DNA of 64,000 bases, from assembly GCF_009914755.1 (NCBI RefSeq), contig NC_060945.1; one strand, written 5' to 3'. Each line of letters begins with the position of its first letter. Position 1 is the first letter of the stretch. Shown here piece by piece: positions 13,101-27,719 of the stretch. The DNA is from the human T2T-CHM13v2.0 reference genome, Homo sapiens. A program made the translations under genes and the position numbers. The notes beneath the pieces are model-generated. The model had not been told where the DNA came from, did no database searches, and saw only the letters and a program-made list of their open reading frames with translations.

Positions 13101-15059
13101 GAATGGGGAATGGGAGTAAAAAGAAAAACAAGTCTGTTAATGGTTTACAAATACCACCACACACCTGTACAGTGCTTCACACACAATAAGCACTCAGAAT
13201 TAGTTACTATTCCTTTTCTTAGGTTTACTGATGAGTTTATTAGGCAACTTTCCATACTTGGGTGTCCTAAGGGGGACCTTGGCAGTGCCAAGGATGCACA
13301 TGGATTGTCACACATCCAGAACAATCACAGCAGCACAGAGTGCCCGGGATTCACAAAGTTCCAGGAACTTGTCAATCTAACACCAGCCATTCAAACATTT
13401 CCATTCTCCCTTGGGCTTACTGAGAATCACATGAAATTAAAATACACTATGGATCTCTGTGTAGGTGAAATCAAAATCTGGAGACCATTTGCAGAGATCT
13501 TCACTAACTTTCCTATATTAGCTAAAAATAAATTGGTTGACTGTTGCCTCAGACAAAATTTCTTTGCTGTATTTATCAAATACTTAATAGGCACCTTCCC
13601 TTTGCCAGGTCCTGGAAACACAAGAATAGCCCCTATCCCTGGGTCCCTCCTAGTCTAGCAGGATAAACCACACGCAGATGAAACAGAAAGTAATAAGTCA
13701 AATGACAGGCCGATATCAGGGTGTTATGGGGAACACTTAGGAGGGGCAACTGCCGTGGGCTGGGGTGAAGAGCACCTGGAAAGGGACCAGGAAGTATTTT
13801 CTGGAGGAAATGATGCCAACCACAAGTGGGATTTAAGACACTGCACAAAAGGCAGACTTGCATTATCATGAGGTGGATGAGCTGACCAAGGGCTCTCCTG
13901 TGGAGGACGGGGTCTGATGGCCAATAGCATGATACCCAAATTCATGCTGCAGCAGGGTTTCCCCATGCTGTATTTGTAAAGTGCCTCTATGACAATATGG
14001 CAAATCTCACACATACACCATGTATGAGGAACACCTGCCACTCAACTTTCCAAGTTCATAGAACTCAAGTTCATAAGAACTGAGCCAAGATTTTGCCTCT
14101 GGCTGGGGAAAATATTAAACACTGGGGACATGATTTTGCCACCACACTATTTACTGTCTTGAGTATGTGCCAAAGATTGAGAGGATGCAAAGGAGTGCAG
14201 CAATCCCAAACCTCACAAAGCCTGTTATTGCTAAAAAAAAAAAAAAAAAAAAAAAGGGAAACCTAAAAACAATAAAAAGAAAATAAAACCACCACCAATA
14301 ATTGGTGACGAATTGAATAACAGGGTTAAAGCAGAAGGTTTATATATATATATATAAAATTTGTTCCTGGTACAGTGTGTTCCAGACACTTTGGGCAGAG
14401 GCTCCCGAGAAAGGCTAGTTTAGGATATCAGCAAAGGAAAACAGAACTGTCAGAAGCCAAGAAGTACGAGTCCAAGCAGGTGAGAATCAGCACTGATCAA
14501 ACCACTGTGGGTCTCTGTACCTTCTAATTCTTTATTTTCCAGTCAGCTTGGTAGCATTAACTTGATTATCTACAGTTCAGCTGTTCACGTTACAGGGAGA
14601 GCTAATAAAATTTTTAAAAATGATATACCCCGGTTTTACAGAAAAACCTCATTAGAATGAAAAAAAAAAGCTATGACATTAAATTCTTTAGATTATCAAA
14701 TAAAACTGGTTTATCAACTGCTATGCAGAAATATCAATGCAGGGTACTTAAAAATGTTATTTTTCTGCATTTACCCCCCTGCCCCATCAACTTAAAAACT
14801 ACCAGTTCGAATAGTAAAGGAAATGGCAGATGAGCAAAGATGGTTGCCTATCTGGTTTTAATCATCGTATTTGCGATGCCCAAATAACTAAAGCTTTAAT
14901 ACAACCTTAATTCTATAAGCAACCTGGAACGGGGGAAAATTAAATCTCTCACAGCTATTCACATTACCCAAATAGGAAGATTTTAACTTTACTTTCACAA
15001 ATGTAAATGCTACACCCGGTTACTATCAAAGTACAGGGCATACCATTGAGACTGACTCG

Positions 15060-18000
15060 AAGCAAAATACAGTACAAATTTATTGACTCCAATCATTCTT
15101 AGTCAACATTTAAGCAAACTGTAGACAATGGAATTGAATACAAATAAGCAATGGATTAACATTAGATAGAAATCCTATTTTACCATGAATTTTCAGTTCG
15201 AAAAAGCTTATTCCTAAGTAAAATGGAAAAATGACTTACTCTGCTAAGGCATATGACAAAATACACAGAATTATAAAACCATTCGTTTTTCTTTTAACCA
15301 TAAGCATATATTCAATGGAAAACTTGAAATAGCCTTGGACTAATGTTCTGAAAACTAGTATTAACTGAGTATAACTGTGTGAAAAATCTGGACAGCATTA
15401 ACAAATGAAAGAGCACTGAATTCTGTTATTTTAAAGATTTACAGTAAAATACTTTGGTTCCCAAAAGACTGTCTCTAAAAGGAATTTTTAAAAACACCTG
15501 ACATTGTAACTCATTTTTTCTCCTCCAGAATCTAAACACCAATTTTGTCTTCTCCCCAGTCACATGGGAATGCCACAAGCTGGAGTACCCGCTGAGATAC
15601 ACTGAAAGAGCATATTAAAAATTACAAAAAATTAAACTTCTTAAAGTGCTAAAACCACAAAAAGCCATAAATGAAAACCTATTTTTTAAAACTTAAAGTT
15701 TAGTAGTCAGTGTTAAAGAACACTTTTAAAGAGTACGTGTCAGCATTATTTAAATCAATAATGCATTTCACAATTATTGCAGAAGCATCACTGAGACATC
15801 GTAAATTGTCAAACTGACTTGTAATCCAGTTAGATACAATTTATACAGAAATCTATTTGGAATTATACCTAATTACTTTTTACTAAGAAACTTCAAATAA
15901 TTTTACTTCCTGAAGTTCCAGATTACAGTTGTATACACACATGCATGCATGTGTGTACAAACCCAATTTGAGACAACAAAGGCCAACTTTAGATCTGTTA
16001 ATTCTTCCATCTCTCCCTCACCCTGATCAGAGAGTTGGCCTTGTAGGTGCATCCACACCGCACCTCCGTGAACAGACACATTTTATTCCTGTTTCACAGC
16101 AGCTACTCTCATTAGCACCAATGGGACTACATATGGATTCAAACGGTCACTCATTAAGTGCTGGGGCACATTTTTACAGGCAAGGCTATAAACGTTCCAT
16201 TCCAAACCAGAAAACCAAGAACATCACACATCTCCCCACAAATGCAAAGAACATCACTGTTGAATTGTTAGTTGTATATTCTGGTAAAATTATAAATGCA
16301 TACTAACTAGTTTTAAAGGTGAATATTCTACAAATCTTCAAATATTACTGTTAAAATGCACAATATTTGTTACCTCCATTGCTTACTTTGAGTGATAAAA
16401 ACATGTTTTATGTTACTCCTTCCTTCTCCCACATAAAGAAAACGATTCAGTATCAAGTTCTCAGATTAACAAAGAATATATTAAAACATTTTACATTCTT
16501 TCCACAACTGCATAAAAAAGCAGGCATCCTGCATACTTACATGGAATAAAGAGCTTTCTACATTTTCAAAATTAATTACAATCCTAAAATATATTTACAT
16601 GAATATCTTCACTAGCTAATGAGTTGCAACAATTTAAGACCAACTTGTTTTACACCAAGTATTTGCCTACTGGCTGAGATAAACATTCTTAAAAAACTTT
16701 ACTGAATAAAGTAATTAACATATCTTTCATTATTTTACTTCTTAACATTTAAAATAGTTACATGAGTGGAAGCATATTTTTTTTTGACCACCAAAATAAA
16801 CTCTTTCAGCCTAATGCTTTTAAAGTACAGTATAAAAAGTAATAGAAAAACCAGAACGGCATTATAAATGTTTTTGGTTCAAAATTTTATTTGAAATCTT
16901 ATATTCCTTGCTTAGACAAAAATGTGAAGACAAAACACCAGTCATTTTTAAAATCTAACAGATATGCAGAACCTATGTTTAGATCAAAAATATTTTTTTT
17001 TTTTACTGATTAACAATATTATTTTTAAAAAATCTTCGAAAATGTAGCATAAAGGTTTAGGTCCTGGGATACTGAATTTATAATGCCAAGATACTCTGTA
17101 TCATGGAATTATCACCGATAGATACTCTAATGGCCATGTAGGTGATGATTACTCAGGGAAACTGTCTTCTTTTGAAGTGACAGCTACCAAGATGGACAGA
17201 GTAAGAAATACCACATTATACGCGGAATGAATTCAATGTACAATAATCCATCCTGATGTTTCATGTAAACCCATATGCTTTAGTTTTATCCTTAAAATGC
17301 ATAGATTTCTTTAAGAAAACAAAGATGGCAAGAATCAATAACTGCAATTTATTTTCCCTTCTCCATCAAATTTAAGAAAGAATAGGAAGTTAACTACTAA
17401 AATATTGTGGAATTTTGGAGTTTTTTCAAGTGAAAGAATACAAGGCAAAATTTCATATATAATATCCATAATGTACAAAGTCAATCAGTATTTTATAAAA
17501 ATGTCTGGTTCAATAAAAAAAATGAGAATATCTTTCCTACCACTGGTATGGAATGTTGGCAATAAGATTGATGGGTACAGAGTTATTTTCTGCTAGAGCA
17601 CAAATCTAAAATTATTTCTTAATGACAGTAGTTGGCTTTTAAAAAAAATTTGAAAGAATACCTCGTAACACAAACTAGAGTCTAAATTGGTATTACTTTC
17701 TTAAAAGGATTTTGTAGTTTCGTTTTTTTAATACATCTAACTCCCACCCCCACAAGTAAAAGTTTTCCCTTTTGAAACACATTGAACTTTGGATATCCTA
17801 CTGAAAGGCTTTCAATTACAAATTATACATAGTATTCTTTGAAAAGCCCAAAACCCATGGAGCAAAATAAGTAGCTAAAACTAATTTTGGACCACTGATA
17901 GTGCTCTAATACCTATTTTTGAAATATTAAGCAATGATGTAGAGAATGGCCTTGCCCATGATTTTAACCATCAGACCCCCAACAAATTCTAACAGAAATT

Positions 18001-19126
18001 GTCACAAGAGAGAGGCAGGAAAATGTATATGTCGTATATATTGTTCTTGGAAAGCATGTTGAAACTGCAGTGAGGTGTTTCTCCTCTGCTCTATCTGGAA
18101 GTAAATGGTAATTTAGAATTTTACATCAGCTGTGCTAATTCTTGAGTGTCTGGGATCTATGTAAATATATGTCCCGACCTTATTTGTTACACTAATGTTA
18201 AAATCAAAATTAGTGCCATATGGTTAGCTTTGTTTTTTGTCCTAACTACACTCAGATTTTCAATTTGTGACAGCATAAATCAGAGGAAATGAAATATGTG
18301 CAGTCCTTCAAATGCTGGTCTGAATTTAGACTGTGGTGCAGTGTACATGTAACATGGTACAAGTTTTTATAACAATGTCTATCACTACTGAAGCCCTTAT
18401 AAACTGACTGTAGGGGACTTCCATAAATTGTTTTCATTTCCCAGGTCTTCCTTAGAGTTTAACTATCATTTATTATATTGACTGAGAGCAAGTTTTTGTT
18501 AGTTTATAAAAATCTAAGTGTTACTATTGCTGATTTAAATTTCTCACAATTTTCATACAAAAAGAAGTTTTACATGACCACAAAATACCAAATATTTATT
18601 TTTATCAAGTGTCAGGATAACTTATTAAAGTTGAGATTTATCTTTTATTGCTAAAGTAGTCTAAGATATAAATCAATACTGCAAACTACTCCACTTCTTC
18701 CTATTTTGGACTTAAGAACATGGTTAAGATTTAACTAGAACTCAAGTGTCTAAAATAATTAAAAGAAGGAATACTTCGACAGTATTCCACTAATCAATAA
18801 AAAACCAAAAACCTCAATTAAATGATTATACTGACACCATGGAATGAGGAACCATGCACACAATCAAGACTAATCCAATTTCAACATTAATGAAATCAAA
18901 CCATCTTGTTCTTGTAAGGTCCAGAACCACAATATTTTAAAAGCTGTATTTCTAAAGTTAAGGACATTACTAAGTAATTATCAATTTGCCTCCAACTTAA
19001 TTTCAAGCGTAACAATCTCCAACCTTTATTATTCTTGTTTAAAAAATATTTTGTTTCTTATGACACATTTCACAATTCAGGTTGAAATCTGGGGACTGCC
19101 TCCCATAGGTAAAAAGTGTTGGTCTT
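15060..19126 (-). other. ZBTB21: ZBTB21 3'UTR (~4 kb, AU-rich); distal end approximate
   Basis: No recognisable transposons across ~4 kb of AT-rich sequence after the stop codon, ending at a minus-strand AATAAA (15079-15084) with T/GT-rich sequence just downstream. Confidence 0.75.
15079..15084 (-). terminator. ZBTB21: Candidate distal polyadenylation signal (AATAAA) of ZBTB21
   Basis: Minus strand reads GTC-AATAAA-TTTGTACTGTATTTTGC. Confidence 0.65.
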
Positions 19127-22100
19127 TCAATTGTGTGTTTGTTCGTGACTCCAAAGACTAAATGCAGTCTTGAATGTCCTGTGGCAAAGTTTACACATAA
19201 ACTGTCTTTTAAATGTGATTGCTGAAAGGGGTGGGGCATGGTAAAAAAGGGTGTCTGATTCTTGGGGCACAAACAGTTTTTCTGTGGCTGGAGTTGGGTT
19301 TTCGGACAGGCCTGTGGGGCTGTCAGGCTCCAGAGGCTGGATCTTGGGCAGTGGTGGTGGCGGTGGCAGAGGTGGTGGAGAGGGAGAGTTTGTGGGAACA
19401 GGGCACACCTCAGATTCCTTATGTGCCGATTCCTCTGAAGCCTGAGACATGTGCGATTGGAAGTGACTCCAGAGTCGAAAATTAGTGCGAAAAGCTTTGT
19501 TGCACACGTGACAAATAAATGGTTTCACAGAGCACAGAAGCTCCTGGTGACGCTCCAGCTGCTTATGCACCGTGAACATCTTCCCACACTTCTCGCAGGG
19601 CCACAGGCTGGCTTCTTTGCTAGGACCCGCTTCTTTGGGGGCTGTGCTGGCCTCGGGTGCCTCTTCTTCAGCCTCCTCCACAGGCTCCTCTTTGACTTGG
19701 ATTTTCAGTTGCTTGGAAAGACTAAGGTCTTCGGGAAGACAAGAGGAATCTTCCGAGTCGAAGTTAACTTGTTCTGAAGAATCACTGAACACGTTGTCGT
19801 CTTTTGTGGTGACGATGTGGTTTACTTTGTTGGGCTCAGGCTGGGATTGGGGCCTTGAAGAACCAGTCACATCACCATTGTGGTCCAAAACGGGCAAAGA
19901 AAAGTTTTCGGTGGGTGCCATGTTGTTCTGATTATGGACTTCAACCTGGTGCCGCCAGATGCTGAAAGAGGACTTGAAGGTGCGCATGCACTCGAGGCAG
20001 GTCAGCTTCTTATACTCACACTTGCTCTCGTGTTCTTGCTTCAGCTCGGGCGAGAAAAACCTGAGGCTGCAGTAAGGGCAGACGGCCGCGTTCCGGCACA
20101 GCCGCTCGTGGCTTCCTTGCTCTAGGAGAGAAGAGAGCTTAGCATTACAGAGGCGGCACTGGTAAACCTCCTTGTTTTCTACTGGACTTGCAAGAGGAGC
20201 ATGCTCTTTTGGTTTAGCAACTTTATTTACTCCAAGGGGTTTTTCTCCTGGATGCATTTTTATATGCTGCTTAAATTGAGAGAGAAAGCGGTACGCTTTT
20301 CCGCAGTAAGTACAAATGTAAGCTCCTTTGGCTCGAGATCTCAAGTTCCTCTTGATGACTTGCTGTGCTTGGGAGCTACTCTGTCCCTGAAAACCAGGCT
20401 TGCCGCGCCTTAACTTAATGATCAGGGCCTTCTTAATTTCTCTCTCTCTCACTATGTCAATCAGCTTTCTTTGGAATTTTTCATCCAAAACAGCATGTGA
20501 ACTAGAGGCTGGTGATGGGTTCTTCACTATGCCGTGTTGGGTCTGACAGTGTGTCCACACTTTGAAGTTGGTGTGAAACCTCTTGTGACAGATGTCACAA
20601 GCGTAGGGCTTTTCTGGGTTATGGTACATGTTAACATGACGGTGAAGACCTGCTGTTGATCTAAAGATCTTAAGGCAATGTTTGCATTTAAATTTTTTGT
20701 TTGGTCTCGTCCCCTCCAACTCACCAAATTCGTCTTTATTCAAATCAGAATCTGGAAAATCTGCATCAAGGAGAGTAGGGCTTGAGCCTTCCTCAAAATT
20801 ATCTTCTGACACAGGAGACCCGTGCTCATTCACCTTTAACTTCTTAAACGGCAATCTTCGGTCCGCTTGGAACCTCCTTTTTGCTGGGAGTCTGCTCATG
20901 TCTTTTTGGTCATCTTCTGTTTTCAGAGACAGGTCTCTTGTGACCGACGAAGATGAGGCAGCTGCTGTTGTTGCCGCATCTCCCACAGTGACGCGGATGA
21001 TGTCCGAGGGGTCCGACAGCGGGCTGCTGGGCTCAGTCTTTATGCGCACCTCAGTCACAGGGGAAGCTCCCTCCCTGTCTGTTGACTGAGAAGCACTAAA
21101 GGACCTGAGGCGATGCGGTTGTAGCACTTGAGGCCTGTCATCTAGGGCTGTTTTTTCACTACAATCTTTTAAAGATGACTTCTGAGATAAAGCACACAAC
21201 ACATTCCCTGGTGCATCACTGGACACCGAAGATGATCCCTGGGAAGATTTCAAATCTATGGAAGGTGAATAGACAGGAACCTGGCTATCCATCGACAATG
21301 ACCGTCTGAGGAGACTCTTAACAAGTGGGCCACTCCTGTCAATGCTTTGGTTTCCAGAACCAGATCCACTGGATGGGATCACTAAGCCTAACTTTGAATA
21401 GTACAACAAGTTTCTATCTTCACCTTGACCATTTCCTTTGTTAGTTTCTTTTAATAGATAGGGAGTCTCTGATGAGCTACAAACAGACAAAACAGGTGGC
21501 CGTGGTCTCTTCAAAGCCAGCTCTAGAGCTTTTCCTTTTGGAAGCTGACCACTCACACCTGGTTTATCATCCATAGCTTCTCTGTCTTGCAGAGGCTTTG
21601 AAGGCAACACTGCATTTCTTTTCACCAAACTGATTCTATTAGGATCATCCAAAGATCCAGAATGCTCAAGAGACTGTGCATATACCACAGAACTATCTTT
21701 CGGCCAACTCTTTTCAGTTAATGACAAATTATGAAGTGGTTCTATTGGTTTTGGGACATGTGGCTTATTGGTATTGGCCTTGACTGCAATGCTAGGAGAG
21801 GGCCGGGAAGTATGGCTTACATCGGGTTGATTTTGACTAACAGTTTTTCCTTGTGCTTCGTTTCTACTTTGACAAACAATGACACTTCTCTTTTGAGAAC
21901 TGTTTTCATCATCTTCTACAAACACTTTTTTTCTATTAGGACACGTTGGAAAGGGGGCTTGAGGTGTTTTAGAAACGATGTTAGTCAGAAAGGAAATCCC
22001 AAGACTATAGCCAAGTTCTTGCACAGCAGCAAGGCTGCTCTTCTCAACAAATAGAGAGGAAGAATAAATGTAGTTTAAAACATTATCAAAAGCATCTGGC

Positions 22101-22327
22101 TCACAGAAGTCAAGCTGAAATACAGTTTGTGACTCATTTTCCTTATTTGTGAATAAACTCTGAAAGTATTCGCTGCTGGCAGCCAAGACGTTTTTATGAG
22201 CTCGGAACTTTTGGTCTCCAACAATCAGCAGCACATCACACAGCTGTCCTTTGAGACGCTCCTCATTCAGGGCACTTAGGAGAGAAATGGCGTGTGCAGG
22301 GTTGATGTAATGCAGTAATCCCTCCAT
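19127..22327 (-). CDS. ZBTB21: Zinc finger and BTB domain-containing protein 21 (ZNF295), 1066 aa, single coding exon
   Basis: N-terminal BTB/POZ domain (LCDVLLIVGDQKFRAHKNVLAASSEYF), nine C2H2/C2HC fingers, Kozak context GCC-ATG-G, and a splice acceptor TTTTGTCTTTTAG 13 nt upstream of the ATG (exon starts at 22340). Confidence 0.98.
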   Translation of the reverse strand: MEGLLHYINPAHAISLLSALNEERLKGQLCDVLLIVGDQKFRAHKNVLAASSEYFQSLFTNKENESQTVFQLDFCEPDAFDNVLNYIYSSSLFVEKSSLAAVQELGYSLGISFLTNIVSKTPQAPFPTCPNRKKVFVEDDENSSQKRSVIVCQSRNEAQGKTVSQNQPDVSHTSRPSPSIAVKANTNKPHVPKPIEPLHNLSLTEKSWPKDSSVVYAQSLEHSGSLDDPNRISLVKRNAVLPSKPLQDREAMDDKPGVSGQLPKGKALELALKRPRPPVLSVCSSSETPYLLKETNKGNGQGEDRNLLYYSKLGLVIPSSGSGSGNQSIDRSGPLVKSLLRRSLSMDSQVPVYSPSIDLKSSQGSSSVSSDAPGNVLCALSQKSSLKDCSEKTALDDRPQVLQPHRLRSFSASQSTDREGASPVTEVRIKTEPSSPLSDPSDIIRVTVGDAATTAAASSSSVTRDLSLKTEDDQKDMSRLPAKRRFQADRRLPFKKLKVNEHGSPVSEDNFEEGSSPTLLDADFPDSDLNKDEFGELEGTRPNKKFKCKHCLKIFRSTAGLHRHVNMYHNPEKPYACDICHKRFHTNFKVWTHCQTQHGIVKNPSPASSSHAVLDEKFQRKLIDIVREREIKKALIIKLRRGKPGFQGQSSSQAQQVIKRNLRSRAKGAYICTYCGKAYRFLSQFKQHIKMHPGEKPLGVNKVAKPKEHAPLASPVENKEVYQCRLCNAKLSSLLEQGSHERLCRNAAVCPYCSLRFFSPELKQEHESKCEYKKLTCLECMRTFKSSFSIWRHQVEVHNQNNMAPTENFSLPVLDHNGDVTGSSRPQSQPEPNKVNHIVTTKDDNVFSDSSEQVNFDSEDSSCLPEDLSLSKQLKIQVKEEPVEEAEEEAPEASTAPKEAGPSKEASLWPCEKCGKMFTVHKQLERHQELLCSVKPFICHVCNKAFRTNFRLWSHFQSHMSQASEESAHKESEVCPVPTNSPSPPPLPPPPPLPKIQPLEPDSPTGLSENPTPATEKLFVPQESDTLFYHAPPLSAITFKRQFMCKLCHRTFKTAFSLWSHEQTHN
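20122..20724 (-). other. ZBTB21: In-frame 603-nt intron inside the coding exon (exitron), giving an 865-aa short isoform
   Basis: Donor TTG|GTGAGT (first intron base 20724); acceptor GCTAAGCTCTCTTCTCTCCTAG|AG (last base 20122). 603 nt = 201 codons, and 1066-201 = 865. Confidence 0.85.
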
Positions 22328-22835
22328 GGCTTGAGTTTATCTAAAAGACAAAATGTAAAATTACTACAGATATTGCAGTGAAAAGTTCCCCTGGCTCCTC
22401 AAGAGCAGGGAACATCAGCTGTCTTTGCATAGGTACCAATATTTAGCAGACCGTAGGCTAACAGAAGCTCTATGAATGAACAATCTTATTTAAATAATGG
22501 TGAAAATGTAAAATAAGTCTCGTGGTTTAAGTAGGTCCTCATTAAAATAGAAGAATTGCAGGAACTATAATATAGGCATTTGTATATCATCAAAAAGGCT
22601 GCCAGAACTTGGCAGGTAGATATGGAAGCAATATTTGAAAATAAAGGTTTATTATTTAGGGTCCTTATCCATTTGATGCTTGGCACTATTCCTTACCAAT
22701 TCAGAAAACAAGTACGAATTATCAAACCCCTGAAGTCTATAATTCTGAAAGAAAATCAGCTTTATTACTACATATACTTAAACATAATGTGAACTGTTAA
22801 CAATTGGTTGCAAAGCAGGTCTTGTGAGACGCTTG

Positions 22836-22989
22836 TTTTTATTTTGAGACAGGGTATCTCTCTGTCACCCAGGCTGGAGTGCAGTGGCACCATGATGGCT
22901 CACTGCAGCCTCAATCTCCTGGGCTCAAGCAATCCTCCCACTCAGCCTCCTGAGTAGCTGGGACCACAAGCACATGCCACCTTGCCAGG
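22836..22989 (-). mobile_element. AluJ-like element, first part (interrupted by THE1)
   Basis: Reverse-complement Alu right arm stops at GCCACCTTGCCAGG and resumes at 25309. Confidence 0.9.
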
Positions 22990-25455
<2,466 letters not shown>

Positions 25456-25528
25456 AAGAGACCTTTAAAAATAGAAAAGAATTTGGAAAGCAAAAAATTA
25501 TTTGCTAATTACTAATGAAAGTGTTTAC

Positions 25529-25848
25529 GCCAGGCACGGTGTCTCACGCTTGTAATCCCAGCACTTTGGGAGGCCAAAGCGGGCAGGTCACTTGAGGTCA
25601 GGAGTTCGAGACAAGCCTGGCCAACATGGTGAAATTCCATCTCTACTAAAAATACAAAAATTAGCCGAGGGTGGTGGCATGTGCCTGTAATCCCAGCTAC
25701 TCAGGAGGCTGAAGCATGACAATCACTTAAGCCTGGGAAGTGGAGGTTGTAGTGAGCCAAGATTGCGCCACTGCACTCCAGCCTGGTTGACAGAGCAAGA
25801 CGTTGTCTCAAAAAAAAAAAAACAAAAAAACAAAAAAACAAAAAAAAG
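25529..25848 (+). mobile_element. Alu (AluSx-like)
   Basis: GCCAGGCACGGTG...GTCTC with an A/AAAAAAAC tail. Confidence 0.94.
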
Positions 25849-26425
25849 ATTAGAAGTGTTGAAGAATAAGTTTGTTTTCTTTCTTATGCTATTTGCCTTG
25901 CAATCTCATGAATACTATTTTCTTACCAAATCACATTTTCAACAATAGCACAAAGGAAACTTTAGCCTAGTTCTAAATTTAATTAAAGAGTTTAAACTGA
26001 TATTTCACTGAAATGCTCTTCAAATCTAAACATGAGAAGAGGAGGCCTAGTGGTAGAGTGCAAGCTCTGGTGCCAGACACTTGGGTTGAGATGCCAGTTC
26101 CTTGCAGGCTGGCTGATTGTCCTTGGGTGTTTCTGTTAGCCTCTCGGTGTGGCAGATCCCTCACCTGAGTTAGGAATGACAACTGTGCCCTCCTCTTGCA
26201 GGGTTGTTGCAAAGAGTTCATCTAAAGAAAACTCAACAAATGTGCACTTAACTTTCAGAAATTGCAGGATTAATAGGCATCTAATTCAGTATCAAAGAAA
26301 GTGGGCAGATTAACCCCACCATACTCTCGATGCGGACAAAGCCATTTCATGCAGAGACAATGCCTGACTCTGTGTATTTGACCCTTTATTTAGGCTTCTG
26401 TTCCTCTAACACCTCATCCTTTTCA

Positions 26426-26721
26426 TTTTTTTTTTTTTTTTCTAGACAGGGTCTCGCTCTGTTGCCCAGGCTGGAGTGCAATGACTCAGTCTTGGCTCCC
26501 TGCAACCTCTGCCTCCTGGGTTCAAACGATTCTCCTGCCTCAGCCTCCTGAGTAGCTGGGATTACAGGCGTGCACCACCACGCCCAGCTAATTTTTGTAT
26601 TTTTATATAGTTGGGGTTTCACCATATTAGCCAGACTGGTCCCGAACTCCTGACCTCACGTGATCTGCCTGCCTCGGCCTCCCAAAGTGCTGGGATTACA
26701 GGCGTGAGCCACCACAGCTGG
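26426..26721 (-). mobile_element. Alu (AluS-like)
   Basis: Poly-T plus reverse-complement Alu; TSD-like CTCATCC(T/C)TTTCATTTT on both flanks. Confidence 0.94.
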
Positions 26722-27719
26722 CTCATCCCTTTCATTTTATAATGCCATATTTTCTTTCAAATATTGTTAAGACATTTATTTTTAAGATTACATGAATCCC
26801 AAGTAACTATCTGTGACGGTTTTATCTTTCTCTAGCGGGCAAACTGTAGATGAACCAAACTTGACCCCAGCTCATTTGTAGGTTCTCTTCTGGCCTTTGC
26901 TGGTTACCCCAGCCACCAGGCTCTTCAGGAAGAGCCCAGAGTCTCCTAGGCTGTCAACCTGGGAGTGGCCACACACGGTATACAATTCCTTCTGACTCCC
27001 TGATAAGATGCAACTCAATTTAACCGACCGAGACACAGGACTTTGCTTCTAGAGATGATACCTTTAGCCTGTCCACAAACAACTACTTTGGTCAGACTGT
27101 ACCAAGTTTCTGTCCACTCCCGCCTACCATCCTTTCAAAGTAAATGGTAAATTTTAATTCCTCTATTTTTTTAAAAAATTATTCTATTTGTGACTACTTG
27201 ATAATTTCCCTTCCTTTTTCTTCTCTTAGTCATTTAAATTTTCCTTAATCCTACTATACTTTCTTTACATCTATTTGTATGAAGAAACCCTTACCATCTT
27301 TTACAGAGATCAGCAGAAAAAGACATAAGCTTATAATGTTACACGTATTGACTCAGCTGGGTACTGAGGAGTTTTTAGCACTAATAATTTTTGACAAAGC
27401 TAGTTCAGATGTTGCCACAGGGAAAAGCTGTAACACAGAATTAAAGGTACAGATTTAAAGGCTTGGATAGTCTTTGTCAAAAGGGGTTCTTAAACTCAAC
27501 TTGGTGGTTTAAAACTAGCAATTAAAAAATAAATGACTAGGACAGAGTAGAAAATATCAGAATGCATCAAATGTCATAAGGCTAATTATGAGCTTGAGAA
27601 ACTTTTGTTTCTATTATATATATGTACATACCCACATAAGCAAGCATGGACTGGATTGAGATGTAAAATGTATTCCTTCCTGTGGGTCAGTCAAAATATT
27701 TTGAGAGCCACTGTTCTAG

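Noticed and set aside
13110-13658. 182-aa plus-strand ORF
   Set aside because: Lies between L1 and L2/MIR-like remnants, with no domain, coding-like composition or exon context.
14233-14255. Isolated poly-A tract considered as a processed pseudogene tail
   Set aside because: No upstream ORF remnant or flanking TSD identified.
19039-22054. Plus-strand and alternate-frame ORFs overlapping ZBTB21
   Set aside because: Short shadow ORFs of the real CDS with no independent support.
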